A stretch of DNA of 64,000 nucleotides from Obrimoposthia wandeli (Eukaryota). The DNA lies in contig CDROCS010002422.1 of assembly GCA_977020255.1 (NCBI GenBank), positions 248,001-312,000 on the forward strand, read 5' to 3'. Of the stretch, positions 21,753 to 32,500 are shown piece after piece. Made by a program: the position numbers and the translations under genes. How positions within the stretch are numbered: the stretch's first letter is position 1; every line of letters begins with the position of its first letter. The notes below the pieces were generated by a model that did not search any database, was not told the DNA's origin, and saw only the letters and a list, made by a program, of their open reading frames with translations.

Positions 21753-23096
21753 ATGTCTGATATGACACCGCGTGAAATAGTACACGAATTAGATCGTCAC
21801 ATTATTGGCCAAGATGCCGCAAAAAGAGCAGTATCCATTGCCTTAAGAAACCGCTGGCGCCGCATGCAACTTGACGAAGAGCTACGCTCTGAAGTCTCAC
21901 CAAAAAATATCTTGATGATAGGCCCCACCGGTGTTGGTAAAACCGAAATAGCTAGGCGTCTAGCGAAACTTGCCAATGCTCCTTTTATAAAAGTAGAAGC
22001 AACTAAGTTCACTGAAGTCGGCTATGTCGGTCGCGATGTTGAAACCATCATCCGCGACTTAATCGATATGGCCATGAAAATGGTACGCGAGCAAGAAACT
22101 AAAAAGGTACGTTTTCGCGCAGAAGACATTGCAGAAGAGCGCTTGCTAGATGCTCTACTCACTCCTGCAAGAAGTGATAAAGACAATCACAGCGACACCT
22201 CTCATGAAACAAATAGTGCTACTCGACAAATTTTTAGAAAGAAATTACGTGAAGGCGATTTAGACGATAAAGAAATTGAAATAGAGCTGGCCCAAGCACC
22301 TGCCGGGGTTGAAATAATGGCCCCACCTGGCATGGAAGAAATGACCAACCAGCTTCAAAGTATGTTTTCTAGTATGGGTAATCAAAAGAAAACCACACAT
22401 CGCTTAAAAGTCAAAGAAGCTTACAAAGCATTAGTAGACGATGAAGCAGCTAAGTTAGTCAAAGAAGACGACATCAAACAAAAAGCTATTTTTGCCGTTG
22501 AGCAAAATGGTATCGTTTTTCTCGATGAGATCGACAAAGTCTGTAAGCGAGCCGATTCAGGCAGCTCTGGAGGTGACGTTTCAAGAGAAGGTGTACAGCG
22601 CGATTTACTTCCCTTAATTGAAGGCTGCACTTTAAGCACTAAATACGGCATGATCAAAACAGATCATATTTTATTTATTGCCTCTGGTGCTTTCCACTTA
22701 GCTAAGCCTTCAGATTTAATACCTGAACTTCAGGGAAGATTACCTATCAGAGTTGAGCTGAACGCATTAACCGCTGACGACTTCAGACGCATACTAACAG
22801 AACCAAAAGCCGCGCTTACTGAACAATATAAAGCGCTAATGGCAACCGAAGGCGTTTCAATTACCTTTAGCGACGCCGGCATTGCACGTATTGCTGAACT
22901 CGCTTTTCAAGTAAACGAACAAACCGAGAACATCGGCGCTAGACGCTTACACACTATGATGGAAAGGCTACTTGAAGAACTTTCATTTAGCGCTTGCGAT
23001 CAAGCTGGGGAGTCTTTAAACATAGATACGCAGTATGTTGATCTGCATTTAGCTCAATTGAGCCAAGATGAAGATTTAAGTCACTATATTTTGTAG
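21753..23096 (+). CDS. hslU: ATP-dependent protease ATPase subunit HslU
   Basis: [43 protein letters not shown]. Confidence 0.98.
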   Translation: MSDMTPREIVHELDRHIIGQDAAKRAVSIALRNRWRRMQLDEELRSEVSPKNILMIGPTGVGKTEIARRLAKLANAPFIKVEATKFTEVGYVGRDVETIIRDLIDMAMKMVREQETKKVRFRAEDIAEERLLDALLTPARSDKDNHSDTSHETNSATRQIFRKKLREGDLDDKEIEIELAQAPAGVEIMAPPGMEEMTNQLQSMFSSMGNQKKTTHRLKVKEAYKALVDDEAAKLVKEDDIKQKAIFAVEQNGIVFLDEIDKVCKRADSGSSGGDVSREGVQRDLLPLIEGCTLSTKYGMIKTDHILFIASGAFHLAKPSDLIPELQGRLPIRVELNALTADDFRRILTEPKAALTEQYKALMATEGVSITFSDAGIARIAELAFQVNEQTENIGARRLHTMMERLLEELSFSACDQAGESLNIDTQYVDLHLAQLSQDEDLSHYIL

Positions 23097-23183
23097 CACC
23101 CCAACCGTAATACCCGCGCTCATCTATTTATTTTACTAATTTATGTTATTAATTTATAGGTGAGCTTTAGGCAGAGAACTGTT

Positions 23184-23552
23184 ATGAAAACTCCTACTGA
23201 TATAAAACTACACAAAAAATCAAAGAGCTTAGAGTTATTTTTTGCCGATGGCAACTTCGAATTAAGAGCGGAATACCTAAGAGTACACTCTCCCTCTGCC
23301 GAAGTAAGAGGGCATGGAGTCGGACAAGAAACCCTGCAAGTTAAGAAAAGATTTGTCGGCATTTCCAATATTGAAATTACTGGCAACTATGCACTAAAAA
23401 TCAGCTTTGATGACGGCCACGACAGCGGCTTATTCACTTGGGATTACCTTTATGAGCTTTGTCAAAATCATGACGCTTACTGGCAATCGTATTTACAAAA
23501 ATTAGCGGATGCAGGTGAGAGTCGTGATTCAGGCCTCATTGGCCTAGGTTAA
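23184..23552 (+). CDS. DUF971 / gamma-butyrobetaine hydroxylase N-terminal-like protein
   Basis: EYLRVHSPSAEVRGHG, GNYALKISFDDGHDSGLFTWDYL; usual neighbour of hslU. ATG at 23184 preferred. Confidence 0.88.
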   Translation: MKTPTDIKLHKKSKSLELFFADGNFELRAEYLRVHSPSAEVRGHGVGQETLQVKKRFVGISNIEITGNYALKISFDDGHDSGLFTWDYLYELCQNHDAYWQSYLQKLADAGESRDSGLIGLG

Positions 23553-24057
23553 AGGTGTTTTTTTGCGTTGCTCGTTTAAATAAAAAGCGAGCCGTAAAAG
23601 AAATGCAATTATTGAATCATTTCCCGGAGCCACAGCTCACTTCAAACTATTAGAGCATTGGATTTGAATATACAAGGCTATTTTTAATTTCACATTCACC
23701 AGCAACTTCTAAAAGCCTATCCTTTATCATTACAAAATCCTCAATTCAAGCTTTACTCAGGCAATAAAAAACGGACTTTAAACTCAAACAAATTCGAATT
23801 ATCTAAACAAATGGATAACTCACATTTCAATTAGTTTTATACTTCTACCAACCGTATTATCTAGCTCATACCTATTAGCATTGATATATAAGCGATTGAT
23901 TGCAAAGCTTTAAAAAAAAATTGTATATTCTCTCCACAATCATGCATCTTATCCTGTATAATGCACCGCTATTTACGCCCAAACAACACTGAATCTCAGC
24001 GCTTGAAAGAGTGCTGAGGTTTTAATACCTATCCTAAATAATTCGACGAGTAAAACG

Positions 24058-26151
24058 ATGTCTGACTTATCCAAATACAGAAACATTGGTATTTTCGCCC
24101 ACGTAGACGCGGGAAAAACTACCACCACAGAACGTATCCTAAAGCTAACTGGCCAAATTCACAAAACTGGTGAAGTACATGACGGCGAGTCAACAACCGA
24201 CTTCATGGAACAGGAAGCTGAGCGCGGAATAACTATCCAGTCTGCTGCTGTAACTTGTTTCTGGAAAGATCACCGTTTAAACGTTATCGATACTCCAGGT
24301 CACGTTGACTTCACTGTTGAAGTTTACCGTTCACTGAAAGTACTTGACGGTGGCATCGGCGTTTTCTGTGGATCTGGTGGTGTTGAGCCTCAGTCAGAAA
24401 CAAACTGGCGCTATGCGAACGAATCTGGTGTTTCACGTATTATCTTCGTTAACAAATTAGACCGTATGGGTGCTGATTTCTTACGTGTTGTTAAGCAAAC
24501 TGAAGACGTACTTGCTGCTAAGCCGTTAATCATGGTTTTACCAATCGGCATCGAAGAAGATTTCGTCGGTGTTGTTGATCTTCTTACACGTAAAGCATAC
24601 ATTTGGGATGATTCTGGTCTTCCTGAAAACTTCGAAATCACTGATGTCCCTGCGGACATGGTTGATCAAGTAGAAGAATACCGTGAAATGCTGATCGAAA
24701 CTGCTGTTGAGCAAGACGATGACGTTATGGAAGCTTACATGGAAGGTGAAGAGCCTTCAATGGCAGACATCAAGCGCTGTATCCGTAACGGTACTCGTAC
24801 TATGGCGTTCTTCCCAACTTACTGTGGTTCTGCATTCAAGAACAAAGGCGTACAAAACGTACTTGACGCTGTTGTTGATTACCTACCGAGCCCAACTGAA
24901 GTTGAACCTCAGCCGCTAACTGATGAAGAAGGCGAGCCTACTGGCGCTGTAGCAACAGTATCAACGACAGAATCTTTCAAAGCGTTAGCATTCAAAATTT
25001 CAGAAGACCGTTTTGGCGCGCTTACGTTCATTCGTATCTACTCTGGTACATTGAACAAAGGCGATACAATCCTTAACGCTGCGACAGGTAAAACTGAGCG
25101 CGTTGGTCGTATGTGCGAAATGCAAGCAGATGATCGTAAAGAGCTATCTTCAGCTCAAGCCGGTGACATCCTTGCGATTGTTGGTATGAAAACTAACGTT
25201 CAAACAGGTCACACTTTATGTGATCCTAAAGATCCAATCGTGCTAGAAGCAATGGTATTCCCTGAGCCAGTAATCTCTATCTCTGTAACACCTAAAGATA
25301 AAGGTTCTACTGAGAAAATGGGTATTGCGATCGGTAAAATGGTTGCTGAAGATCCAACCTTCAAAGTTGAAACTGATCAAGATTCAGGCGAAACTATCCT
25401 TTCAGGTATGGGCGAGCTTCACTTAGATATCAAAGTAGACATCCTTAAGCGTACTTACGGTGTTGAACTTGCAGTAGGCGAGCCACAAGTTGCATACCGC
25501 GAAACAATCACTGCTGAAATCGAAGATTCTTACACACATAAGAAGCAATCTGGTGGTTCTGGACAGTTCGGTAAGATTGATTACCGTATCAAGCCTGGCG
25601 AACCTGGAACTGGTTTCGTATTCTCTTCAAAAGTTGTTGGTGGTAACGTTCCTAAGGAATTCTTCCCTGCAATCGAGAAGGGCTTCAGAGGCATGATGGG
25701 TGAAGGTGTTCTTGCTGGATACCCTGTACTTGACGTTGAAGTTGAGCTTTATGATGGCGGTTTCCACGCAGTTGACTCCTCTGCTGTTGCTTTCGAAATC
25801 GCTGCAAAAGGCGCTTTCCGTCAATCTATCCCTAAAGCATCTCCACAGTTAATCGAGCCTATCATGGCGGTTGACGTATTTACTCCAGATGATCACGTTG
25901 GTGATGTAATCGGTGACCTTAACCGTCGTCGTGGCATGATCAAAGATCAAGAAGCTGGTGTAACTGGCGTTCGTATTAAAGCAGACGTACCTCTTTCAGA
26001 AATGTTTGGTTACATCGGAAGCTTACGTACAATGACTTCTGGCCGTGGCCAGTTCTCTATGCAGTTCGAGCATTACTTACCATGCCCGAATTCAGTATCA
26101 GAGAAAGTTATTGCTGAAGAAAGAGAAAGAAAGGCCGCTAAAAACAAGTAA
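24058..26151 (+). CDS. fusA: Elongation factor G, stand-alone paralog (not in the str operon)
   Basis: Intact [23 protein letters not shown] and GSAFKN motifs, plus SGMGELHL; no rpsL/rpsG/tuf next to it. Confidence 0.96.
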   Translation: MSDLSKYRNIGIFAHVDAGKTTTTERILKLTGQIHKTGEVHDGESTTDFMEQEAERGITIQSAAVTCFWKDHRLNVIDTPGHVDFTVEVYRSLKVLDGGIGVFCGSGGVEPQSETNWRYANESGVSRIIFVNKLDRMGADFLRVVKQTEDVLAAKPLIMVLPIGIEEDFVGVVDLLTRKAYIWDDSGLPENFEITDVPADMVDQVEEYREMLIETAVEQDDDVMEAYMEGEEPSMADIKRCIRNGTRTMAFFPTYCGSAFKNKGVQNVLDAVVDYLPSPTEVEPQPLTDEEGEPTGAVATVSTTESFKALAFKISEDRFGALTFIRIYSGTLNKGDTILNAATGKTERVGRMCEMQADDRKELSSAQAGDILAIVGMKTNVQTGHTLCDPKDPIVLEAMVFPEPVISISVTPKDKGSTEKMGIAIGKMVAEDPTFKVETDQDSGETILSGMGELHLDIKVDILKRTYGVELAVGEPQVAYRETITAEIEDSYTHKKQSGGSGQFGKIDYRIKPGEPGTGFVFSSKVVGGNVPKEFFPAIEKGFRGMMGEGVLAGYPVLDVEVELYDGGFHAVDSSAVAFEIAAKGAFRQSIPKASPQLIEPIMAVDVFTPDDHVGDVIGDLNRRRGMIKDQEAGVTGVRIKADVPLSEMFGYIGSLRTMTSGRGQFSMQFEHYLPCPNSVSEKVIAEERERKAAKNK

Positions 26152-26170
26152 TTTTTTTAGTCGCTAAGAT

Positions 26171-26199
26171 AAACCGCAGCTAATCACTGCGGTTTTTTT
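26171..26199 (+). terminator. Intrinsic terminator after fusA paralog
   Basis: AAACCGCAG-CTAATCA-CTGCGGTTTTTTT. Confidence 0.88.
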
Positions 26200-26394
26200 A
26201 TGCCAGAAAAAACTTCACCAAGATTATTATTTTAACAATTTCAAATAAATAATCCCTTTTACTCCACAAACAATAAATATTCGCTAATAAGCAATGCTTA
26301 TAGGATGGCTATAATGCCTAATGGCGCTAGCTAAGTGCTGGGCATTATAATACTATTGCCCCTTAAATTTAGTCATAAGTCTTATAGGTAAAAT

Positions 26395-27261
26395 ATGCAA
26401 GCGAGTCTTCAAAGCCCTCCGAACAGCAGTATATTTAGATTTAAAGAAGATCGCTGGCCAGTCGTTATTATTCTCAGTTTGACTGTTATGGATTTTATTT
26501 TATATTTTGCAGTCACTAGCATTACTGTTTTCATTACTTATTACGCACTCATGTTAATTCCAAAAGGCGTTATTTGTGCATGGAATCATCATCATCAACA
26601 TTTATTCACCTTTCGTAACAAACACCTAAACAGAGTTTTAGAGTTTTTCTACGCTTTACATACAGGCGTGACAACTCACTTATGGCGCTTGCATCACGTA
26701 CTTGGACATCACTTAAACTTCTTAGATCAAGAAAAAGATGAAAGTCGCTGGAAACGTAAAGACGGCACTAAAATGGGAGTAATAGAATATTCCCTAAATG
26801 TAGCCCTGACTGCTTACCCTCGGGGCTATACTGTAGGGAAAAAGCATCCCAAGCAATTAAAGATCTTTGTACGCTATACTGCGCTCACATTCGCTCTTGT
26901 AGTGACACTCGTGATATGGAACCCACTCGCTGCTTTCTTTTTATTCATTTTACCGATGGTTAGCAGCTTAATATTTACCGCTTATGTCACTTATGAACAT
27001 CACAGTGGTTTAGATACACAAAATGAATTTGAAGCGTCATATAATAATTTAAATCCAGTGTTTAATTTTCTGACAGGAAACTTGGGGTACCATACAGCAC
27101 ATCACCACAAACAAGGCGTGCACTGGTCAAAGCTACCACAATTGCACGCAAAAATTGCCGCAAAAATACCTGAGAAATTATATCAAAAGTCTAACATTAC
27201 CAAATTGTTACTAGGCGGCGTCATCCTAAACTTTTTTACAAAATCAAATACTGAACGCTGA
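26395..27261 (+). CDS. Membrane fatty acid desaturase family protein
   Basis: Three His boxes (NHHHQH, HHVLGHH, HTAHH) with TM segments. Confidence 0.88.
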   Translation: MQASLQSPPNSSIFRFKEDRWPVVIILSLTVMDFILYFAVTSITVFITYYALMLIPKGVICAWNHHHQHLFTFRNKHLNRVLEFFYALHTGVTTHLWRLHHVLGHHLNFLDQEKDESRWKRKDGTKMGVIEYSLNVALTAYPRGYTVGKKHPKQLKIFVRYTALTFALVVTLVIWNPLAAFFLFILPMVSSLIFTAYVTYEHHSGLDTQNEFEASYNNLNPVFNFLTGNLGYHTAHHHKQGVHWSKLPQLHAKIAAKIPEKLYQKSNITKLLLGGVILNFFTKSNTER

Positions 27262-27408
27262 TTTCATAAAGCTAACGAGTTTTTATAATTACTACCAAGC
27301 GCCATTTAAAGAATTTCTATATAACCCAAAAGTTTCATATTGAAAACGACGGCTTTAGAAATTCTTTAAGATTTTTAAACTGGCTATGGTAACCATTCAA
27401 AATAGTCA

Positions 27409-27843
27409 CTATTGCAAAAACGCCTCTTTAAACCAGCCCCATACGCCGAAAGAGAACCCTGGGAAAATATCGATACCCGCAGCTGATTTAAGTAAATACA
27501 GCACTAAGATACCCAACATTACACTAAAAGTTAAAAACACTGATAAAGCAGCCGCTTGAATCAACAAACCTAGACGCCGTTCCCGCGCACTCAGCTCTCT
27601 TCGGTTACGACCTGCAACAAACACATAATAATAACGATAGCGAAACAGCTTGAGCGTACTGCGCACGTCTATTACATGATTACCCCAAGTTCTAGCACCT
27701 ATCGCCAACTTAATATTTGACAACTGCTCTTCAGTGAAACTATCTTGTACGTGTTCCGGCATCCTATCTAATAATTTTCGTAAACCCGTTTCATTTTTCA
27801 GTTTATTGCGCGCTTCAGTATTTTCAGCTACGAGCCTATGCAT
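27409..27843 (-). CDS. Conserved hypothetical membrane protein
   Basis: SFTEEQL...H.IDVR..L...RYY.V..AGR.RR, then a hydrophobic C-terminus ending GIDIFPGFSFGVW. It resembles a small family often mislabelled as EPSP synthase (from memory). Confidence 0.65.
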   Translation of the reverse strand: MHRLVAENTEARNKLKNETGLRKLLDRMPEHVQDSFTEEQLSNIKLAIGARTWGNHVIDVRSTLKLFRYRYYYVFVAGRNRRELSARERRLGLLIQAAALSVFLTFSVMLGILVLYLLKSAAGIDIFPGFSFGVWGWFKEAFLQ

Positions 27844-27873
27844 GCCATTCCTTCATATAAAATCTATCATTAA

Positions 27874-28977
27874 TCACAACACAACAACGCCATGCTTGGG
27901 CAACAACTGCTTAAGAGTATAGTCTCGGTGATATATAGCGGCTTGGTGAAACTGGTACACAGCTAAACAGGCCATTTCACTAGACGACTGTAGATCTTCA
28001 AAATTATCTTTTTGCCCTTCCCAATGATCTTTACTGTAATGAATCAACTCTCCTTGTTCAAACTTAAATAATTTCCCTGATTCCATCAATGCTACCCAAG
28101 CAGCTACTCTATCTTCCATCGCTAACTCACGGCGCAGTACTTCTTCAATCGCATTTTTAATGGTCGCAAACCCCTTTACATCCTCTTCGATACCTGCAGC
28201 CTCAGCATATTGATTGAATGCTTTATACAGCATTTCACAGCCTTCTAAGAACGTTTGTGGATTATCACGCCACGGCGCTAAGTTACTCTGTGACTGGTAA
28301 CGGAAACGCCACTTTAAAAAAGGCCTATCTGGATAGGTTCCCACCGCACCATGGCCCAATGCGCCTGTCACGACACTAGCGCCTTTACTCGCGAGGTTGC
28401 GAAAGTTCCTCAGGATAAAACTAGGGGTGTATTTAGTTAAAAACGATGCATACTTTCCCATGATGTAAGATTTAACTCTTTCATCTTTCACCTCTAACTC
28501 AAACGAATGCCCATCAACTTCATTCCTTCTAGAGCTGACTCCTGAAAAACCATAGTGTGAAAATGTATCAGCATATACATGCGCCATGATCCCTAATAAA
28601 GGTAGAGCGTAGCTAGCTTGTTTTTGTAAGCTGTGCTGTATATGGTTTTGCACCATTTCGCGCGCTAATGCACTATCTTTTCTACACAGTAGGCGTTCGG
28701 ATAAAGAATCACCTTGGTTGCCAGGAAAGAAATGGAATGGCACCCAGACTTGGCGCTGCTCTGTATGGTTTGCTGCAGCGTTACCAATTACTTCTTGGTT
28801 AGTGTGCGCTGTCGCTATCGTTTGGAACATGCCTCCGTCTTCATGCACTTCGCTATCGCTATTCGTCGAATCGTCCACATACTGAGCTGCATAGGCGATG
28901 ACCTGCGCTTTTTGGGCACTTATTCCCGCGGCCCTTGCTAGTGCGTAGGTGCCGTAATAATGCATATCTTCTTGCAT
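27874..28977 (-). CDS. DUF6765-like protein, putative Zn-dependent hydrolase
   Basis: MQEDMHYYGTYALARAAG, AAQYVDD, FHFFPG, HVYADTFSH motifs. Confidence 0.7.
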   Translation of the reverse strand: MQEDMHYYGTYALARAAGISAQKAQVIAYAAQYVDDSTNSDSEVHEDGGMFQTIATAHTNQEVIGNAAANHTEQRQVWVPFHFFPGNQGDSLSERLLCRKDSALAREMVQNHIQHSLQKQASYALPLLGIMAHVYADTFSHYGFSGVSSRRNEVDGHSFELEVKDERVKSYIMGKYASFLTKYTPSFILRNFRNLASKGASVVTGALGHGAVGTYPDRPFLKWRFRYQSQSNLAPWRDNPQTFLEGCEMLYKAFNQYAEAAGIEEDVKGFATIKNAIEEVLRRELAMEDRVAAWVALMESGKLFKFEQGELIHYSKDHWEGQKDNFEDLQSSSEMACLAVYQFHQAAIYHRDYTLKQLLPKHGVVVL

Positions 28978-29176
28978 AAAAAATCCCTCTTTTATAAATG
29001 TAGCAATACGCTTGCAGCTGCTTTACTGGTTATTATTGCTACTCCTTAGTTACATTGTGCTATATTTGAAAAGTTGTGTATATAGAGTTTAACATCCTTC
29101 TTCTGATGGCTTTTTTGGATGTCACATCATTGCTGTCTGGTTAAAAAGTGTAAGCTCTCTAACTCATTGAATTGTG

Positions 29177-29275
29177 GTTTTCTAGCAAAGGTAATTGGAA
29201 TTTTTTAGCAAAATAACACTTGTGGTTAACGTAAAATCAATGGATTAAAGAACAACAAAAATTAAGCCGGACACT
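29177..29275 (-). repeat. 99-bp AT-rich dispersed repeat, copy A
   Basis: Its reverse complement aligns without gaps to 61862-61960 at 81/99 identities (hand count). Confidence 0.85.
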
Positions 29276-29564
29276 ATGACGCACATAAAGAAACTTGCCA
29301 TCAGTTTTGCTATTTATTATCTACGCATTTAAATATTATCAATACTGACAATCTATTTTTATTAGCAGTGATTTTAGATCAACTTGGCATCCTTTGAGAG
29401 CTTCCATCGCCACTAGGCACTATTATCATTAAGCGCTATGTTCACTGAACTTAAGCAATACAGATTACAAGCATCCAAGTGCAGTTGATGCATAACTACT
29501 GCAAATAACAGCGTTGAGCTCACTAAAATTACAAAGACACTTTACTCAAGTGCGGGAGATCGAG

Positions 29565-32500
29565 ATGAAAAGGATATCTACTCATTACTCATCAATAGAA
29601 AATCATTATGATGTCATCGTCATTGGCTCTGGTTATGGTGGCAGCATAAGCGCATCCAGATTATCAAGGGCTGGCAAAAGAGTGTGTCTGTTGGAAAGAG
29701 GCAAGGAAATCCTTCCCGGTGACTACCCCGACACCCAATTTGAGGCCTTTGAAGAGCTGCAAATAGATAGCTGTCAAGGCAAAGTGGGCTCCCCCACCGG
29801 CTTGTTCAACATTCATGTTAATAAAGAGCAAAGCGTTGTTGTAGGATGCGGATTAGGGGGCACTTCTCTTATTAACGCCAATGTATCACTAGAGCCCGAT
29901 CCAACAGTATTTGCCCAAAACTGCTGGCCACCACAAATAAAACAAGATATCTCTACACATTTAAAACAAGGCTTTGATCGAGCACGTGAAATGCTTAAAG
30001 CGACTCCCTTCCCCGCTGACTGTGATTTAGCTAAAACCAATGCTCACCAAAAATCAGCACAGGCAATGGGTGAGGCTGAGCACTTCTATCGCCCACCAAT
30101 CAATGTGAATTTCACGGCCGGTACTAACCACGTGGGAGTAGAGCAACCAGCCTGTAACAATTGTGGCGATTGTATTTCTGGCTGCAACAGCGGCGCTAAA
30201 AACACCACTTTAATGAACTATCTCCCTGATGCATATAACCATGGCGCTGCTATTTTCTGTGAAGTGTCAGTCAAGTATATACAACAAGTTGAAGATGGCT
30301 GGTTAGTACATTATCAACCAACTAAAGCCAATAGTGCTCGAGAACTCTTTTCAGCGCCCAGTCTATTCGTACGAGCTGAACTAGTCATTTTAGCTGCGGG
30401 CTCTTTAGGCAGCACTGAAATAATGCTGCGCTCGAAACAACAAGGCTTAACACTGTCAGAACAGCTAGGTAAAAACTTTAGCGGCAATGGAGATGTATTA
30501 GGCTTCGGCTATAACTGCGATCAAGCGATTAATGGTATTGGTTTTGGCTCTAAGTCTGAACAAGATTTTAAACCAGTCGGTCCCTGTATCACCAGCATAA
30601 TTGACTTGCGCTATAAACAACATAAAGCAGAGCGCATGGTGATTGAAGAAGGCTCTATGCCAAGTGCACTCGGTAATTTATTACCCAACGTACTCTCCAC
30701 AGCGGCCAACAGCGTAGGTATTGATACAGACACAGGCTTAAGGGATGATTTTAAAGAAAAAATGCGGGTACTAAGCAGTAAGTTCAGAGGCCCTTATGCA
30801 GGAGCAGTAAACAACACACAAACCTACCTTATTATGAGCCATGATGACGGGCAAGGGGTAATGCAACTTGAGGACGATAAGCTACGCATTACCTGGCCAG
30901 GCTTAGGGCTACAGCCAAATTTTGAATTAGCTAACACCAATCTTCTAAACGCGACCAAGGCTTTAGGAGGCGAGTTTATCAAAAATCCACTTTGGGACAA
31001 ATGGCTAGATTTCAGTCTAGTTACCGTCCACCCTTTAGGCGGGTGCTGTATTGCCCAATCTGCCGAACAAGGCGTAACTAATCATAAAGGCCAGGTTTTC
31101 AGCGCTGCTTCTGGAGATCAAGTATATAAAGATCTCTATATCTGTGATGGCGCCAGCATCCCAACGTCGCTCGCAGTGAATCCACTTTTAACCATATCAG
31201 CTTTAACAGAACGCTGCTGTTCATTAATCGCCAAAGACAGAGGCTGGATTATAAATTACGATTTACCTTCTAGCGCCACCAAAGAAGAACCTGAACTAAA
31301 ACTGGGTATTCAGTTTACAGAAACGATGAAAGGTCATTTTTCTATTCGTGACTTGGAAAACGCTGTAACCGATAAAGAAATCATTAGCACTTTTCAGAAA
31401 GCAGAGGCACGAGGCAAAGCCGAAAACTCACCTTTAGAATTTACTATTACCGTAAGCTCTACCGATTTAGAAACGCTGCTCCACAGCCCTGCGCATAATG
31501 CCCATATTACCGGTACGGTGTTAGCACCTGCGCTTTGTGACGGCCCGCTCGTCATTAGCGAGGGTACTTTTAATTTATTTGTCGTTTATCCATATTCACC
31601 TGATACTAAACATATGAACTATAATATGAAGCTTACCTCCCAAACAGGTGATGAATATTATTTCAGTGGTTATAAATTCATTAAAGAAGGTGGGGTTGGT
31701 GATGTATGGCCTGCTACCACCACTTTATATGTAAATATTTATCGCACCAGTAACACCGCTGGAGAGATTGTAGGCAAAGGAGTTTTACATATCGCACCGC
31801 TGGACTTTGCCAAGCAAATGACCACTATGCAGGTGAGTAATGCCAAAAATAATATCGAAAAACTCAATGCGATTGCACGCTTTGGTCAATACTTTGCAAG
31901 CTCGCTATGGGAAAGCTACGGAGGCGTTAGCTACCAACAACCGCTATTTAACCCTCTAGCTGAACCGCGTAAAAAAAGGCCGCTACGCACCCCTCCTCCT
32001 TCAATTCACTGGTTTAAAACCGCAGACAATGTCGATTTAAGACTTAGCCGCTACCATGCTGGCACAAAAGGCCCTGTAATGCTGGTGCACGGGCTAGGAG
32101 TTTCATCAAAGATTTTTTCAACAGATACTATCGATACCAATCTGACCGAATACCTATGCGCTAATGATTACGATGTATGGTTATTAGACTTTAGAGTGAG
32201 TATTGATCTGCCTTGCGCCGAGCAACAATCAAATGCAGACCAAGTGGCCAAGTATGATTTTTCAGCGGCAATCAAAACGATTAAAAAGCACGCGCACTGC
32301 CAATCAATACAAGCAATTGTGCATTGCTATGGCGCCACAACTTTCTTTATGTCAATGCTAGCAGGCTTAAAAGATGTACGCTCCATCGTTTGCTCACAAA
32401 TTGCAACACATCTAGTTATCCCTAAATTAACCCAATTAAAAACAGGCGTACATTTGCCAGGCTTTTTGCAAACTTTGGGCGTTAGTGAAATGACGGCTTA

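Noticed and set aside
23990-24025. GAAA-loop hairpin before fusA as a c-di-GMP riboswitch
   Set aside because: Only one stem; no second stem, tetraloop receptor or conserved junction.
27409-27843. EPSP synthase (aroA) label often given to similar small proteins
   Set aside because: 144 aa, membrane-type, and lacks all AroA motifs.
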